The translations under genes were made by a program, and so were the position numbers. The notes beneath the pieces are model-generated. The model was given only the letters and a program-made list of their open reading frames with translations. It did no database searches and had not been told where the DNA came from. A DNA stretch of 64,000 nucleotides from Gracilinanus agilis (taxonomy: Eukaryota). Below are positions 40,441 to 52,600 of this stretch, one piece after another (the first letter of the stretch is position 1; each line of letters begins with the position of its first letter). The stretch is from positions 30,859,587 to 30,923,586 of the forward strand of contig NC_058134.1 in NCBI RefSeq assembly GCF_016433145.1, written 5' to 3'.

Positions 40441-40453
40441 CTTGAAACATCAG

Positions 40454-40695
40454 GTTTGGAAGACAACCACACCATGGAAGATGTCTACGTGGCATCCGTT
40501 GAAACCGATCGAGGGGTAAAGGAACAGCTGCGCCTTTATGACACCCGGGGCGTGCAGGAAGGGATGGACCTGCCAAGGCACTACATGGCTTTTGCTGATG
40601 GGTTTGTGATGGTCTACAGTGTGACTGATATGGAGTCCTTCCGGAGAGTAGAGATCATTAAAAAGGAAATCGATAAGGTCAAAGACAAAAAAGAG
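40454..40695 (+). CDS. NKIRAS1: NKIRAS1 coding exon 2
   Basis: catcag|GTTTGGAA...AAAGAG|gtcagt gives [37 protein letters not shown]...KDKKE (DTRG G3 variant); 242 nt. Confidence 0.97.
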
Positions 40696-42236
40696 GTCAG
40701 TAAGCAGCTTTGCTAGAGATACTGTTTTTAATCCAGATGGCAGACTGAATTGGTAGAGGAAAACTGGACTTGATTATATTTTTAGTAATCTTGACATGAA
40801 AACAAAAATCTGTTTTTCTTGTTAGACAGTAAAAGCTGGTAGAGCCCATTTAGCCTCATCACTCAGAAGCTAGCTGGATTTTTTGCCTTCATCCTTCATT
40901 TAGTTGTGAGAGTGAAGATGGATTTTTTCTGTTTCATTTAATGGATGAACTTGAATGACAGACAAGGCACTGTAAGCTAAGCCACTTGGGCCGGCCCCTA
41001 CATAAGACACCCAGAAAAGGTATTGCATATGCCCTGGCTTTACCAAGACATGGACATTGACTCTAAAAACCCCACATATTATCATTTCAGCCCCTTGTAT
41101 GGCAGGGTTTGAGGGGGAGGACAGACTATACTTGGAATGATCTTTCTCCATTCCCCAGAAAAGTATATTCTGAGAAAGTAGCAACGTAGGAGAAGAGATA
41201 GGAGCTGAAGAGTGAAATGAAATTTGCACACTTTAGAAGAGTCGGAATTCCATTCTCCTGTCTTTTCTGAAGCTGAAAATATTGAAAATAGCCACGACTT
41301 TTTGGCCTTTTTTTCTTGGTTTAATTTCTGGCTTCCAAACAGCTTTTAATCCTTAAAAAACAAAAAAACAAAACCAACCAACATATCAACTAGATTCCAA
41401 GCTTTTCTTCATTGCTGCCAGCAAGTTAGTAATCTTATGCCATCCAAGAAAAATTTGAGGAATTCAAAGTACATGAAGTGTTTGCCATTGTTACTGCTGT
41501 CTAAAATGTTATTTAGAAGGAGGATTTTGAAGGTACAGCCTAAACTTAGTTGGGTTGAGGGAATTACAGTGAATTAAGTTATATGATAGAAAATAACAGT
41601 GGCAAATTGTGTTCTCTCCAATTGTTTTTTTGGTGACCTCACCACCTCCACTTAAAAACTCTTTTCATGGGGTCACCCCTATTGACTTCTCATTATTGTC
41701 CCCTGCATGTAAGAGAAGGAAGGATAGGGTACATCCTTGGGCCTGGGCACAGGATCTGCCTTGATGGTGTGTTGAGCTGGAGCTTTATTCTTTTGTTTTG
41801 AATTATCAGTTCCCCAAATACCAGGCATATCCATACTAAACTGTGCTATTTCAGCCAGGTATTAATATTGTGATTCTCTGCCTGAAGGTTTCCTTCTGTT
41901 ACCAAGAATAATCAATAGCTGGCTGTGGCCACAGACTTAAATTATTTATTCTTTTCTTCCATTAATACCTGTACAGACATAAATGGGTTATGTATGTGTG
42001 GATGGCCACAAGCAGCAGCAGCAGCATCTTACTGATCTTGGGGGCTGCGAGACGTTCCCTCTACCTTGTCAGACTCGGAATGAGGCGTAGCCTTGCTCAG
42101 AGTAGGTTCTGGACAGCAGGAAGGGAGGCCCAAGAGCATCCCACTTTGGATTGCTGGACCAGAGCTGCTTCACTTTTACTGGGGACTGCCATGGCCACAA
42201 ATGTTAAACTTCTTTAACTGTTTTCTTCCCTTTAAG

Positions 42237-42473
42237 GTAACAATTGTGATCTTGGGAAACAAAAGTGACTTATCTGAGCAAAGGCAAGTAGATGCCGACA
42301 TGGCCCAGTACTGGGCGAAGGTTGAGAAAGTGAGGCTGTGGGAGGTGACTGTCACTGATCGGAAAACACTGATGGAACCCTTCATTTTTTTAGCCAGTAA
42401 GCTCACCCAGCCCCCCAGCAAATCCTTCCCCCTCCCCGGAAGGAAGAAAGGGAATATTCTCCCAGAGAATTAG
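42237..42473 (+). CDS. NKIRAS1: NKIRAS1 coding exon 3 (terminal)
   Basis: cccttttaag|GTAACA gives [21 protein letters not shown]...[18 protein letters not shown] (NKxD motif, no CAAX). Total CDS 94+242+237 = 573 nt = 190 aa. Confidence 0.97.
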   Translation, partial: VTIVILGNKSDLSEQRQVDADMAQYWAKVEKVRLWEVTVTDRKTLMEPFIFLASKLTQPPSKSFPLPGRKKGNILPEN

Positions 42474-42790
42474 ACAATATCACAGTAAATGTCAACTAGG
42501 AAAACCACCTGCTGGGTTGTGATATTTGCCTTATTCTAGACTTTCTGGATTCAAAATAATAAGCTATTACCTAGAACATCTAGAACTTTTTTCCCTTAGG
42601 AAAGAGGTCTCTAAAAGCACTTTATGTCCTTCAAGTTATCATCTATCAGGTTGGGTTGGGGAGGATAAAGGGGAAGAGATTGCCCATGGTCTTATGTGAA
42701 ATCGTTATATATTTATATGTGCTGTAAATACCCTTTTCATTTGAAAAGCAGAGGTTTTTAATGATATTGTAACTTGTGTCAAAGACTAAA

Positions 42791-42796
42791 AATAAA
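42791..42796 (+). terminator. NKIRAS1: Probable NKIRAS1 polyadenylation signal AATAAA
   Basis: First canonical AATAAA noticed after the stop codon, followed by GT/T-rich sequence (ttgggtgg...ttttggttttg). Confidence 0.55.
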
Positions 42797-43796
42797 ATTT
42801 GGGTGGCATCGATGCAGCTATGTAGACTTTTGGTTTTGCTCTTTACCCTAAACAAAGGTCCCCTGAGGTGACGGAGAACCCCCCCCCCCTTTCACTGAGA
42901 AGATTTTAAAGGAAATCTTCACATGCAGTAACATGGTTAACCTGAGGACTAAAATGAGTTCAATTCTAAAGTGCTTTGTTGCTCTGATGCAAAAACGACC
43001 ACCTTTCCCCAGTGTGTGTAACAAAACACTAGCTCGGGGGCCCAAGTTCTGGGTTTTAATCCGGGCTCTGCCGCACACATAGTAGCTTCTCTGCAGTGGC
43101 CGTCCGCTGCTCCGGGCAGCAATGAATGCCCTTTTTGGGCTAAAGGGTCAAAATGGCTGCTTGGACATCAGGCAGAGCTGGGATAAGGGGGGAGGCGTGT
43201 GCGTGTCCACACACACAGGTCACACACGGCTCCCTTTGTGGGGCAGCCTGAGCATTACTGGACTGTGGGGCCTCGAGGGGCAGCGTTCGGCATTAGAGCG
43301 GCCCCCACAACCTGGGGGGGCTGTTCTGACGTGCCAACCTAACCAGCGATATTCCTGATGCTGAGCCTCCCTTCTCCCTCCTGGTTAGAGTGCTGCTAAG
43401 CGCCTCGCTTATTCTGCTCTTTTATCTTCTGCAAACAGCTCATTCCCGTCCCTAAAAGCGCCGCCTGTGGCCATCCTGGCACCCGGACTCCAGGGAAGAT
43501 TCAGCCGTTTGGTCCTGGGGAGGCTGGGGGTGGGGGCGGCGCAGTGACCTGCATGGGGGAGGGGAGAGAAGGCCTAACAGGGCCCATGAGGGGGATTTCA
43601 TGAGTAAAATGAAGATTCAAAGAATACTTTTAACTTTCCCACTACGTGTATTTTGGACAGAAGGGGGGGGATCCTGCTTGGCGGCAGCATCCCTGCGGCC
43701 ACGTGAGTCCGGGGAGGCGAGGAGCCCGCGTGGCCGGCATGGCAGGCGCCGCGGAAGAAAGCGACACGACGTCCTCGGCCCGAGGGTGCAGCCTTT

Positions 43797-43812
43797 TTTA
43801 ATAGCTTTTATT
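43797..43812 (-). terminator. UBE2E1: UBE2E1 polyadenylation signals (AATAAA 43807-43812, ATTAAA 43797-43802)
   Basis: Tandem hexamers ending a ~650-nt AT-richer 3'UTR-like stretch. Confidence 0.7.
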
Positions 43813-44459
43813 AGCACAGTAACAAATGCAGACTCAAGTAGCCCACAACATAGAACCAACCAATCCACCGAGCGACTCCTAGTCCACGCCTTACAGTAAC
43901 AGCTTAAGGTATTTCACTACAGGCTCCTCTTGCGCCGACGCAGCTCGGCCAGAAAATGAAACACGGCCTCGACGGCCGTCCTTGATGGCGTCGGGCTTCA
44001 CACGTCCACGTTATACAGCATGAGATGACGGTCTAAAAAGGAATTGTTAAATAGCAACGTCCCCTCTCGGGGGAAAACCAACATCTTTTTACAAAAAAAG
44101 AAAGCAAAGCAAAGGAAAGAAGGCAGTCTGGGAAGGACGCGGCGTGCACGGCGGGCGCCCTGGACAGAGGAAGCTGTTGGTCTCCATCTTGGCGCCACGA
44201 GCCCCGGCCCAGCGTGCGCTTCCGTCCTCTGAGCTAAGACCGCAGGACTACGACAGTCTCCCAAGATGCTATTCCCAATTCTAACTGTCTACCGTAGCAA
44301 GATACCTTAAGTGACAACAACAAAATCTTAGGAAGAAATAAAAGACTGAATAAAATCTGTTATAGAAATACCCTCCTCTTTCTCACTCCCGCCCCCCCCT
44401 CAAAATCATCAGCAGCTCTTTCCATCAGACAGAACGTCCGGCCGGCCGCGGAGCCCCGT

Positions 44460-44606
<147 letters not shown>

Positions 44607-45606
44607 TCATGCCTCCCCCCCCCCCCCGACCGTCGGCCGACTGCAGACCCGGGACATTTCCTGAGAATGCAACACCGGGCGGTGGTCTGGGGGCCAAGAG
44701 GATGCTGTCCAAGCCCACTGACACCCTCTGTCTGCCTCAGTCTCCTCAGCTGTCAAATGGTCCATATCTGTGAGCACTTAGCACTGTCCTGGCACACGGG
44801 GGGGTGAATGAACACTTGCTCCCTTCCACGTCTACCATCCTTACAAGAGGGTTCTGGGGAGCCGTTTGGCTCAGGGAACCCAAGGCCAGGCCTCCGGCCC
44901 TTCCTGCGCTTCTGCCTGGGCCCTGACACACAGTGCAGATTCCAAGCCGGAAGGTGCGGACTTTCACCCAGAACAAAACCACTAAGCCGGGTTCTCCGAG
45001 GCCTGTAAGCCCCGCTACTGGGGAGATGGAATCCGGGCCGGGCCAGGGCCGGAGCCGGCAGGCTCCCAAGTGGCCGCTCCCTGCCTTCCTGGACACACAC
45101 AAGTCGGGTCTTCATCATTAAGGACATGGACCGTGCCGCGAGGGGCCTTCGGGCTCCCTCGGCCATCCCTGCCGCCTCCAGGCCCTTTGGCTCAGCTTGT
45201 GCTCCCGGGGAAAAGCGGATCATTGATGACGGGTTTGATTAAGTTTGGCTGAACCAGACCTGCAAAGCGAGCGGCTAAAAGCTCCGAGGTTCTGCCTCTG
45301 CCCCAGCACAGGGACGGCGCGCCAGGCCGTGGCCGTGGAGCGGAGCTCCGGCGCCTCCTCAGGCCCCTTCCCAGGCTCTTCCTCCCTCTTGGCGGCCCCG
45401 GGGCAGGCCTCCGAGGTCCAGGTGGGCTTCTTCCTCTAAGGTCCAGCGGGCAGCCCCCCTCACTGACCCCCCCAAGTCCTCTCTTCTGCCATCTAGGCTT
45501 CCCCTGGCTGGCAGCTAGACCCCAAGGAGGCTGGACAGAACAAACTGCCATGCTAGAAGGGGTCCAAGGGCCGGGGGCTGACCCACCAGGGGAGAGATGG
45601 GTGTCA

Positions 45607-46440
<834 letters not shown>

Positions 46441-49400
46441 TCACAAAGTGCGTCTGAATAGCTAATGATAAAGCAGGAAAAACGGGATGAGGCTGAAAAT
46501 GCTAGGAAAAATGCTTAGAAAGGAAAACCCTCCATTTTTCACACTGAATCTCCGGAGCTGGTTATCTGCTGACCTCTTGTGTTGGTCGGCAATATTGCAT
46601 TCCTCCATCTAAAGATCATTTGTCCAAAACCGGCTGCTGCGGGCTCAAGCCCCAGCCGGGATACGCGGTAAAAGGCTTAAGAAAAAGTCAAAATGGAACA
46701 TGGTAGCCAAAGGTCTCTGCCTGCCTTTGAGCTCCAACATTCCCCCTGAGGGGCTGCTCTAGCCGGGCCTCCCCAAGACTTGTTTCCCAGGAAATGGGCA
46801 ATTCTGTGCTGCCCAGCAGGCTGACTTAGGAGGCAAACAGAGGCAGACAGATCAGAAAGAGAAGGGCACCTGGATGCCAAAGAAGGGACAGAAAACAGAA
46901 AGGAATGGTGACCTTTCTAGGGACTCAGCTGTTGGACTTTCTAGTAAAGGTATTTTGCTTGAAATACTAAATACTTTCTCTTTAAAAATCTGAATTCTCC
47001 AACAACCACTTTCCACAAAAACTACTCGAGTGAGTTGGGCTTTCTCTGAATTCATAAGTAAATTACTTCAAATGTTTCTTGACAACATGGGGTGCTGTGC
47101 AAAGTTCAGAGGAAGAAAGTATGAGGTCAGGAGAGCCTTTGTGGCAGGGCCAAGAACCAGAGGGTGGCCACAAGAGAAAAAGAGGGCTGCACGATGGCCT
47201 CCTCAGAGGCCTCTGCAGAGAGAGAAGGCAGGAGGGGGGTCCCCAGGGCTCCGGGAGAGAAGGGGAAGACGATGTTTATCAAGTTGGAGAGGTTGAAACT
47301 CTCCATGGTGCACTTCATTTGCCATTTTTTTGCCTGCTACAAAACAAAACATTTTCTTTCCTTTTTTGGCTCACCAACACATTAGAAATAGTTTGTTAGT
47401 GTTAATGCTAAGAGGGTGACTTCCAGCTCCTGAGATATGATGGAGCAGCCAGTGTGAGCCTGGACAAGGCAGCCGCTCTGGGCCAGCCTCAGTTTCCCCC
47501 TCCACAGGAATTCAACCAAACGGGGGCAGGAGACTAACAGAGCTCCCATTTCTTTACTGCCCAGAGATGCTGGAAGAGGATGCCTGAGGAGGAACCAGAA
47601 GGTCTCCTTCCGTGGTCTGATGTCACAGCCTGGAGGGGAAGAGCTTCGGACAAGCCTCTCGCAATGTCCAAGCGTTCCCTGGGTTGGGTCCTTGGATGTT
47701 CAATTTTAAACAAAAACATCCCATTTTGGAAAGCTGATGCGTGGCAAGTACCTCAAAATGACCCAAATAGCTTAAATTCAAGAGACAAGGGAAGCCCCAT
47801 CTTGTCATCGAGCAGCAACCCTGAGGGTTTGACAGAACAAACTGGATGTTTTGGGGGGCCCTGGGGCCTGGGGTCCGGCCTGCTGCTGGGCGCAGATTCC
47901 CCGAGTCCTCAGCTGGATCGTCATCCTTGTGGCCTCGCACCGGTGCAGCTCGCAGGGCTGGCCGAGAGCCGGTGTCCGACTGTCTGAAAACCTTACAGTG
48001 CCGTCGGGCTGTCCCTCGTCTGGAGAAGATCAAACCAGGCCTCCCTCCCCACCCCCGCCTGGGGGAGAAGTGAGCAGGAGGAGAGACGGACAGCACTCAG
48101 AGCCGGTCCGTGGGCCTCGTGGCCGTCTTTGTGGAGCAGCTCTTACACCAGCTCTGCAGAAAGCAGCCCCGGCGGGGCCCAGGGCCGGCCGCCTCTGGGG
48201 GGGGTGTCTGTCCTGACCCACCCGTGAAGGATGCCGAATCTGGACGAGGCTGGCCAGGCAGAGAAGGGCAGACACGGGCCGACTCCGCGGGCTGAGTGGG
48301 AGCCGGGCCGGAGGTGTCTGAAGGAACGGGGAGAGCCAGTGTGGACGGCTGGCCGTCAGCAGAGGACAAGTGAGGAGAGGAAACGAGCATCTATTAAGCA
48401 GCTACTGTGTGCTGTCCGGAGAGGATCTCTGGGAGGGAGGGAGATGCTCTGGGGATTCCCGTCTTACAGAGGACGACAGAGGCAAGGAGAGGTTAAGTGA
48501 CTTGCTCAGGGTCACAAACATGTCTGAGGCTGCCCCCCATAGAGGTCAAGAAGGACGAGGATGGGAAAAGGCCGTGCGGTCTGGAGCAGTCGCTGGTGTG
48601 TGGGCAGTCTGGGGGCCCGGCAGGGATGGCCGCTCTCGAGCAGCGAGGCCCGGCCTTTTGTTCTTTGAGCCCTCGGGTCTGGGTTCTGGGCAAGGGGTGG
48701 AGGCAGGGCGGCTGTGGGAGGCTGGAAGAAGCTGAGGAGGCTCAGAGCAGGGTGACGGCCCAATGTGAGGCCGTGGAAGAAGCTGCACTGGTCAAGGGGT
48801 CAAGGCTCAACCCCCAGCTCGGTTCCAGCTGCCTGGCACCACCGTCCCTCGGCCTCTTGGCCTGTGACGTCCTGTGTTGGCAGGCCCGAGGGACAGAGGA
48901 CCACGGACGTCTCAAGGCTCCGCTCCAGAGGTCGCCGTCCCTCCAGCCCTGCAGTCCCCCAGAGGGGCTGTTTCCCCATTTCTCTTCCAGGTCAGTGGTT
49001 GGTCAGCGGTCAGCCAGTGGCCTCTAGGCGCTCTCCTTAGGCTCATGGCATGGGTCCTTCGTCCATTCGAGGGCCCTCTCTGCCCCGACCGCCTGGGGTG
49101 GCCCTAATTTGGGGCTGGCCGCAGGGTTGGGCCGGAGTCCTCGGGGGGCCCTGGGCTCTCCCCAAGTCCAGGCAGGCTGTCCCCGGGCTGCACTTCCACT
49201 TCAGCTCTCCCTCAGAGGCCTCAGGCCGGGCACAGCGGCCGTCCAGGACGGCAGGAGCCTGGCGGCCTTACAACGTGCCCAGGGGAGGCACAGGACACGG
49301 AGGCCTCAGAGGTGAAGTGACCGGAGCATCCGAGGCCGCTGGACCTCAGAGAGGAGCCATCCGGCCACTTCCAGGCTGGGATCCTGTCCCGGGGGGCTGC

Positions 49401-49471
49401 CGCTCCACCCCCCGCCTCACTGCACCCACCTGTCTGTGGCCAGACGGGGCCGGCCTCGCACGCAGCCTTAC

Positions 49472-49604
49472 CTTGGGAGGCTTGAAGGGGTATTCGGGCG
49501 TAAAGGTGATGTCCAGGAAGAACACGCCGCCCTCATAGACCGACCCCGGAGGCCCCAGAATCGTCGACCTCCATTCGTAGATGTTGTCGCCTTTGGGCCC
49601 GGCA
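49472..49604 (-). CDS. UBE2E1: Ubiquitin-conjugating enzyme E2 E1, internal coding exon
   Basis: cttcctccgcag|TGCCGGG...CCCAAG|gtaagg gives [45 protein letters not shown]; 133 nt. TPEY marks E1 (E2E2 has SPDY). Confidence 0.95.
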
Positions 49605-52600
49605 CTGCGGAGGAAGCACAGACAAGGCGGCGGCGATTAGAGGCTCCCCCGCCCGGCTCCCCAATCTGTCGGCACAGACTCGGGCCTCTCAGCTTACTAA
49701 AGCGCCTGCCCTGCCCCCCATTTTCCCCAAAGCGTCCCCCAGAGGGACGAGGCTGGTTGGGAGCCTCCAGAGCGTGGCGCCTCTGTGTCCACACAAGGCC
49801 AGGGGAGGCCCCTGGGAGGCCGGGGCTGACCGCGGCCGCCCACGTCTTCGGTTGTGCTTCTACGAGCCCTCGAATGGCAAACCCCATCCTGGCTGTGGCG
49901 CGTCCCATGGAGGGGAGGCCGAGGCGGGCCGAGAGCCTGCAGGGATGTGGCGGCGAACAAGAGGGCGCGTCAGAGGCGGTGGCGGACGGACAGAAAGACA
50001 AGGGGGAAAGCTTGAGAGGCCGCAGGTTGGGTCCAACACGGGGAACCCCAGACTGCGGGTCAGGAACCGCCGAGGTGGGGGCGGTGACTGACAGGTGGGG
50101 GAGAGGATGGGAGCTCCAGCCGAGCCCCAGGCCCCCCAGCCCCTTCTGGGGCCCCGTCATTCAGATGTGGTGAAGATTCGTGGCCAAGGCTTCCCCTCAC
50201 TTGCTGGGGCTCCGGACATCATTCCCATCCACGGGAACCCCCCCAATCCTCTCCCAAGTTGGGTGCTATTCCCTGTGTTTGAGATTTGGGGTGGAGGAAA
50301 CTTAGGGAGAGTTTCTTTTTTAAAATGTTCAATTTAAAAGGCATTTTATCCTAGTCAGGAAGAGGCCCCTGTGATGAGGGGGGCCGCAGGGGCCCCCACA
50401 TCCCGGCTAGGACTTCCCACAGCATGGCTCCTGCCTCAAGGTTCGCTGCAGGCCTCTCACAGCTTCTCTCCAGCCTTGGCCATCAGTGACTACAAGAACC
50501 CCAGAAGCCCGGGCCGGGGCGGAGGGGAGGAGGGGGGGAAGCGGGGTCTTCAGGGCTCCCCCCGGTGGCCGCCCCCTTCAGATGGCAGGCTGGGCTCTAA
50601 GCAGGGAAGGGGTGATGTGCGGTGGTCGCTCCCATCAGAGCTCCTGGGACAAACCCCTGCCGAGTGGGCGCCAGGCCTGCCATCCCTCTGGGCCTCAAGC
50701 TCAGAACGCTTTAGGGGCGCCTTTTGCTCGGAGCCCTGTTGGTTTCAGTGGCAAGCTCCCCTGTTCCCCCTGAAGGATGAGGCTCCTTTTCTCAAGCATT
50801 GACTGGGAGGCAGACACAACTGCGTCTGATGCTCTCTCCATCTGGTTTGGTGGCTGACTTTTTTCCCTTCAAATGATGTGGATTTTTAGGGCTATTCTTT
50901 GTATCCACCATGACCTAAGCTAGATTCCCAGTAGAGCCCCCCATCCCCATCTCCTCCCTCAAACCTCCCCCAAAGCAGAGCCAGGGACCTTGGGAAACCT
51001 GGGGGTGTAGACCACAAAACGACCCAGTGGGCCTGAACCACATTAAAATGTCCAGGGAAACCTCTAACAAAAGATAAAAATACTAACAATGTGAATTTGT
51101 GGCTTTCCGAGTCAATGGGTGGCCTGCAGGGATCCACGGCTAGTTGAGTTTGGCTCCAGGTCTAATAAAATCAAGACTCGAAGAAAGGCCTTTGGGGGGC
51201 TCCGGGGACGCCCCCTGCTCCCCGCTTCTCACTGTCCCTGGATAGGCAGAGCTAAGGCTCTTTCTGGTTAGGGGCAACCCCCCCCCCCCGGCCTTCTGGC
51301 CATGGAGGTGGCCACCAGCCACCGCTCCTGCCTTCAGGACGGCCTCTTCTCCCAAAGCTGCTGGGAGGGAGTCGGGGCCCGAGGGGCCGTGGGAAGGGGC
51401 TAGAAAAGCAGCAGGAGAGGGAAGGCCGAGGCGGGAGACCTCCAGGGCTGCTGGAATCTTTGATTTAACTGGAAACCAAGATATTGGATCCAACAATTAG
51501 GATCCGTTTTTTAAAAGTGCCGATTCTGAATGAGAAGACAACTGGCCAGTGCCCACAGCAGGACGGGGGCCTTTCCCAGGACACGGCCCTTTGGGCTCTC
51601 AGATGAGGGCAGCTGTCGGACAGGAAGTCCAACAAGTCTGTACGGGGGTCTCGGGGCAGAGGAAGGGAAAGAGGGAGGCGGCCGGCAGAGGCCCCAGAGC
51701 GAGTCTGTCACCCTCAACGCCAGGACTAGCTGGGCAGGCCTTGGGGCCTTTCTGCCGGGACCCTGATCAAGGAGAGCAGGGGGTGACGGGGCCAGGTGGA
51801 CGGCTGCAGAGAAGAGGGGTGACTTGCTCCAATGCTCTCAGGGCTGGCACTGGACCTTTCGGGGTGGCAATCCTGGGCTCCAATGGCAGCTGGAAGGATT
51901 TCCTCCTCTGCTGAGGGGCTCCTCATGACCCACCTGGGACAAATTCTACTCACTGACATGAAACCATTTTTCTGATACTAAATTTCGTTCCTTTCTGCTT
52001 CTTTGGCTTGTTCCTAGCTCTGCCTATGGGGGCCGGACAGAACCAGCCCCCTTATCTCCTGCCCAACCCCCCAGCCTCCAACTGTCTGTCTAGGGACACC
52101 AACCCAAAGCCTACAGATATGGCCCACCTTATGCTGGGGCACCAAGAAGGGAGCTCCAGCCAGGTCTGCCCAGGGTCCCTCTAGCCACTCACCTAGAACT
52201 CCGGGTGAGGCCAGGAACCCCCCAGACCTCTTCAGGGTAACACTTGGGGCTCCTTACACCCCCCAATGTACACCCAGTGGGATCACAGCCCACACGCTGC
52301 CTCCAGAGCCCGTCACCAGGGTGCCCCCTCCTCCTGGCAGCCACTCTAAATGTGGCCCAAGAGCGGCCGGAGAAGTTTCGTCCAAGGCTCCAGGGCTGTC
52401 CAGGGGGCTCTGGGCTGAGCACCTTCGGTACTTCTGGCACATCCCCGAATGGCATCTGGGGCCTCCACACCACCCTGGCACTTGCTCATCTTGGAAGGAC
52501 GTAAAAACCTTTCTTCAGTTTTGTCTGCAGCAGATTCACTGAATGATCATGACTCCATTTTGGGGTGGTTTCTCTTTTTTCTATCAGTCACAGCCCCCCG

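Noticed and set aside
40375-40453. N-terminal CVCVCV extension of the NKIRAS1 ORF
   Set aside because: Translation of the intronic (GT)n repeat.
38428-42473. Alternative identity as NKIRAS2
   Set aside because: MGKG start, FPLPGRK tail and linkage to RPL15/UBE2E1 fit NKIRAS1.
42900-43300. Chimeric assembly as the cause of the GC jump
   Set aside because: Gene order and orientation across the jump match human, there is no gap there, and the same SINE family occurs on both sides. Not fully excluded without reads.
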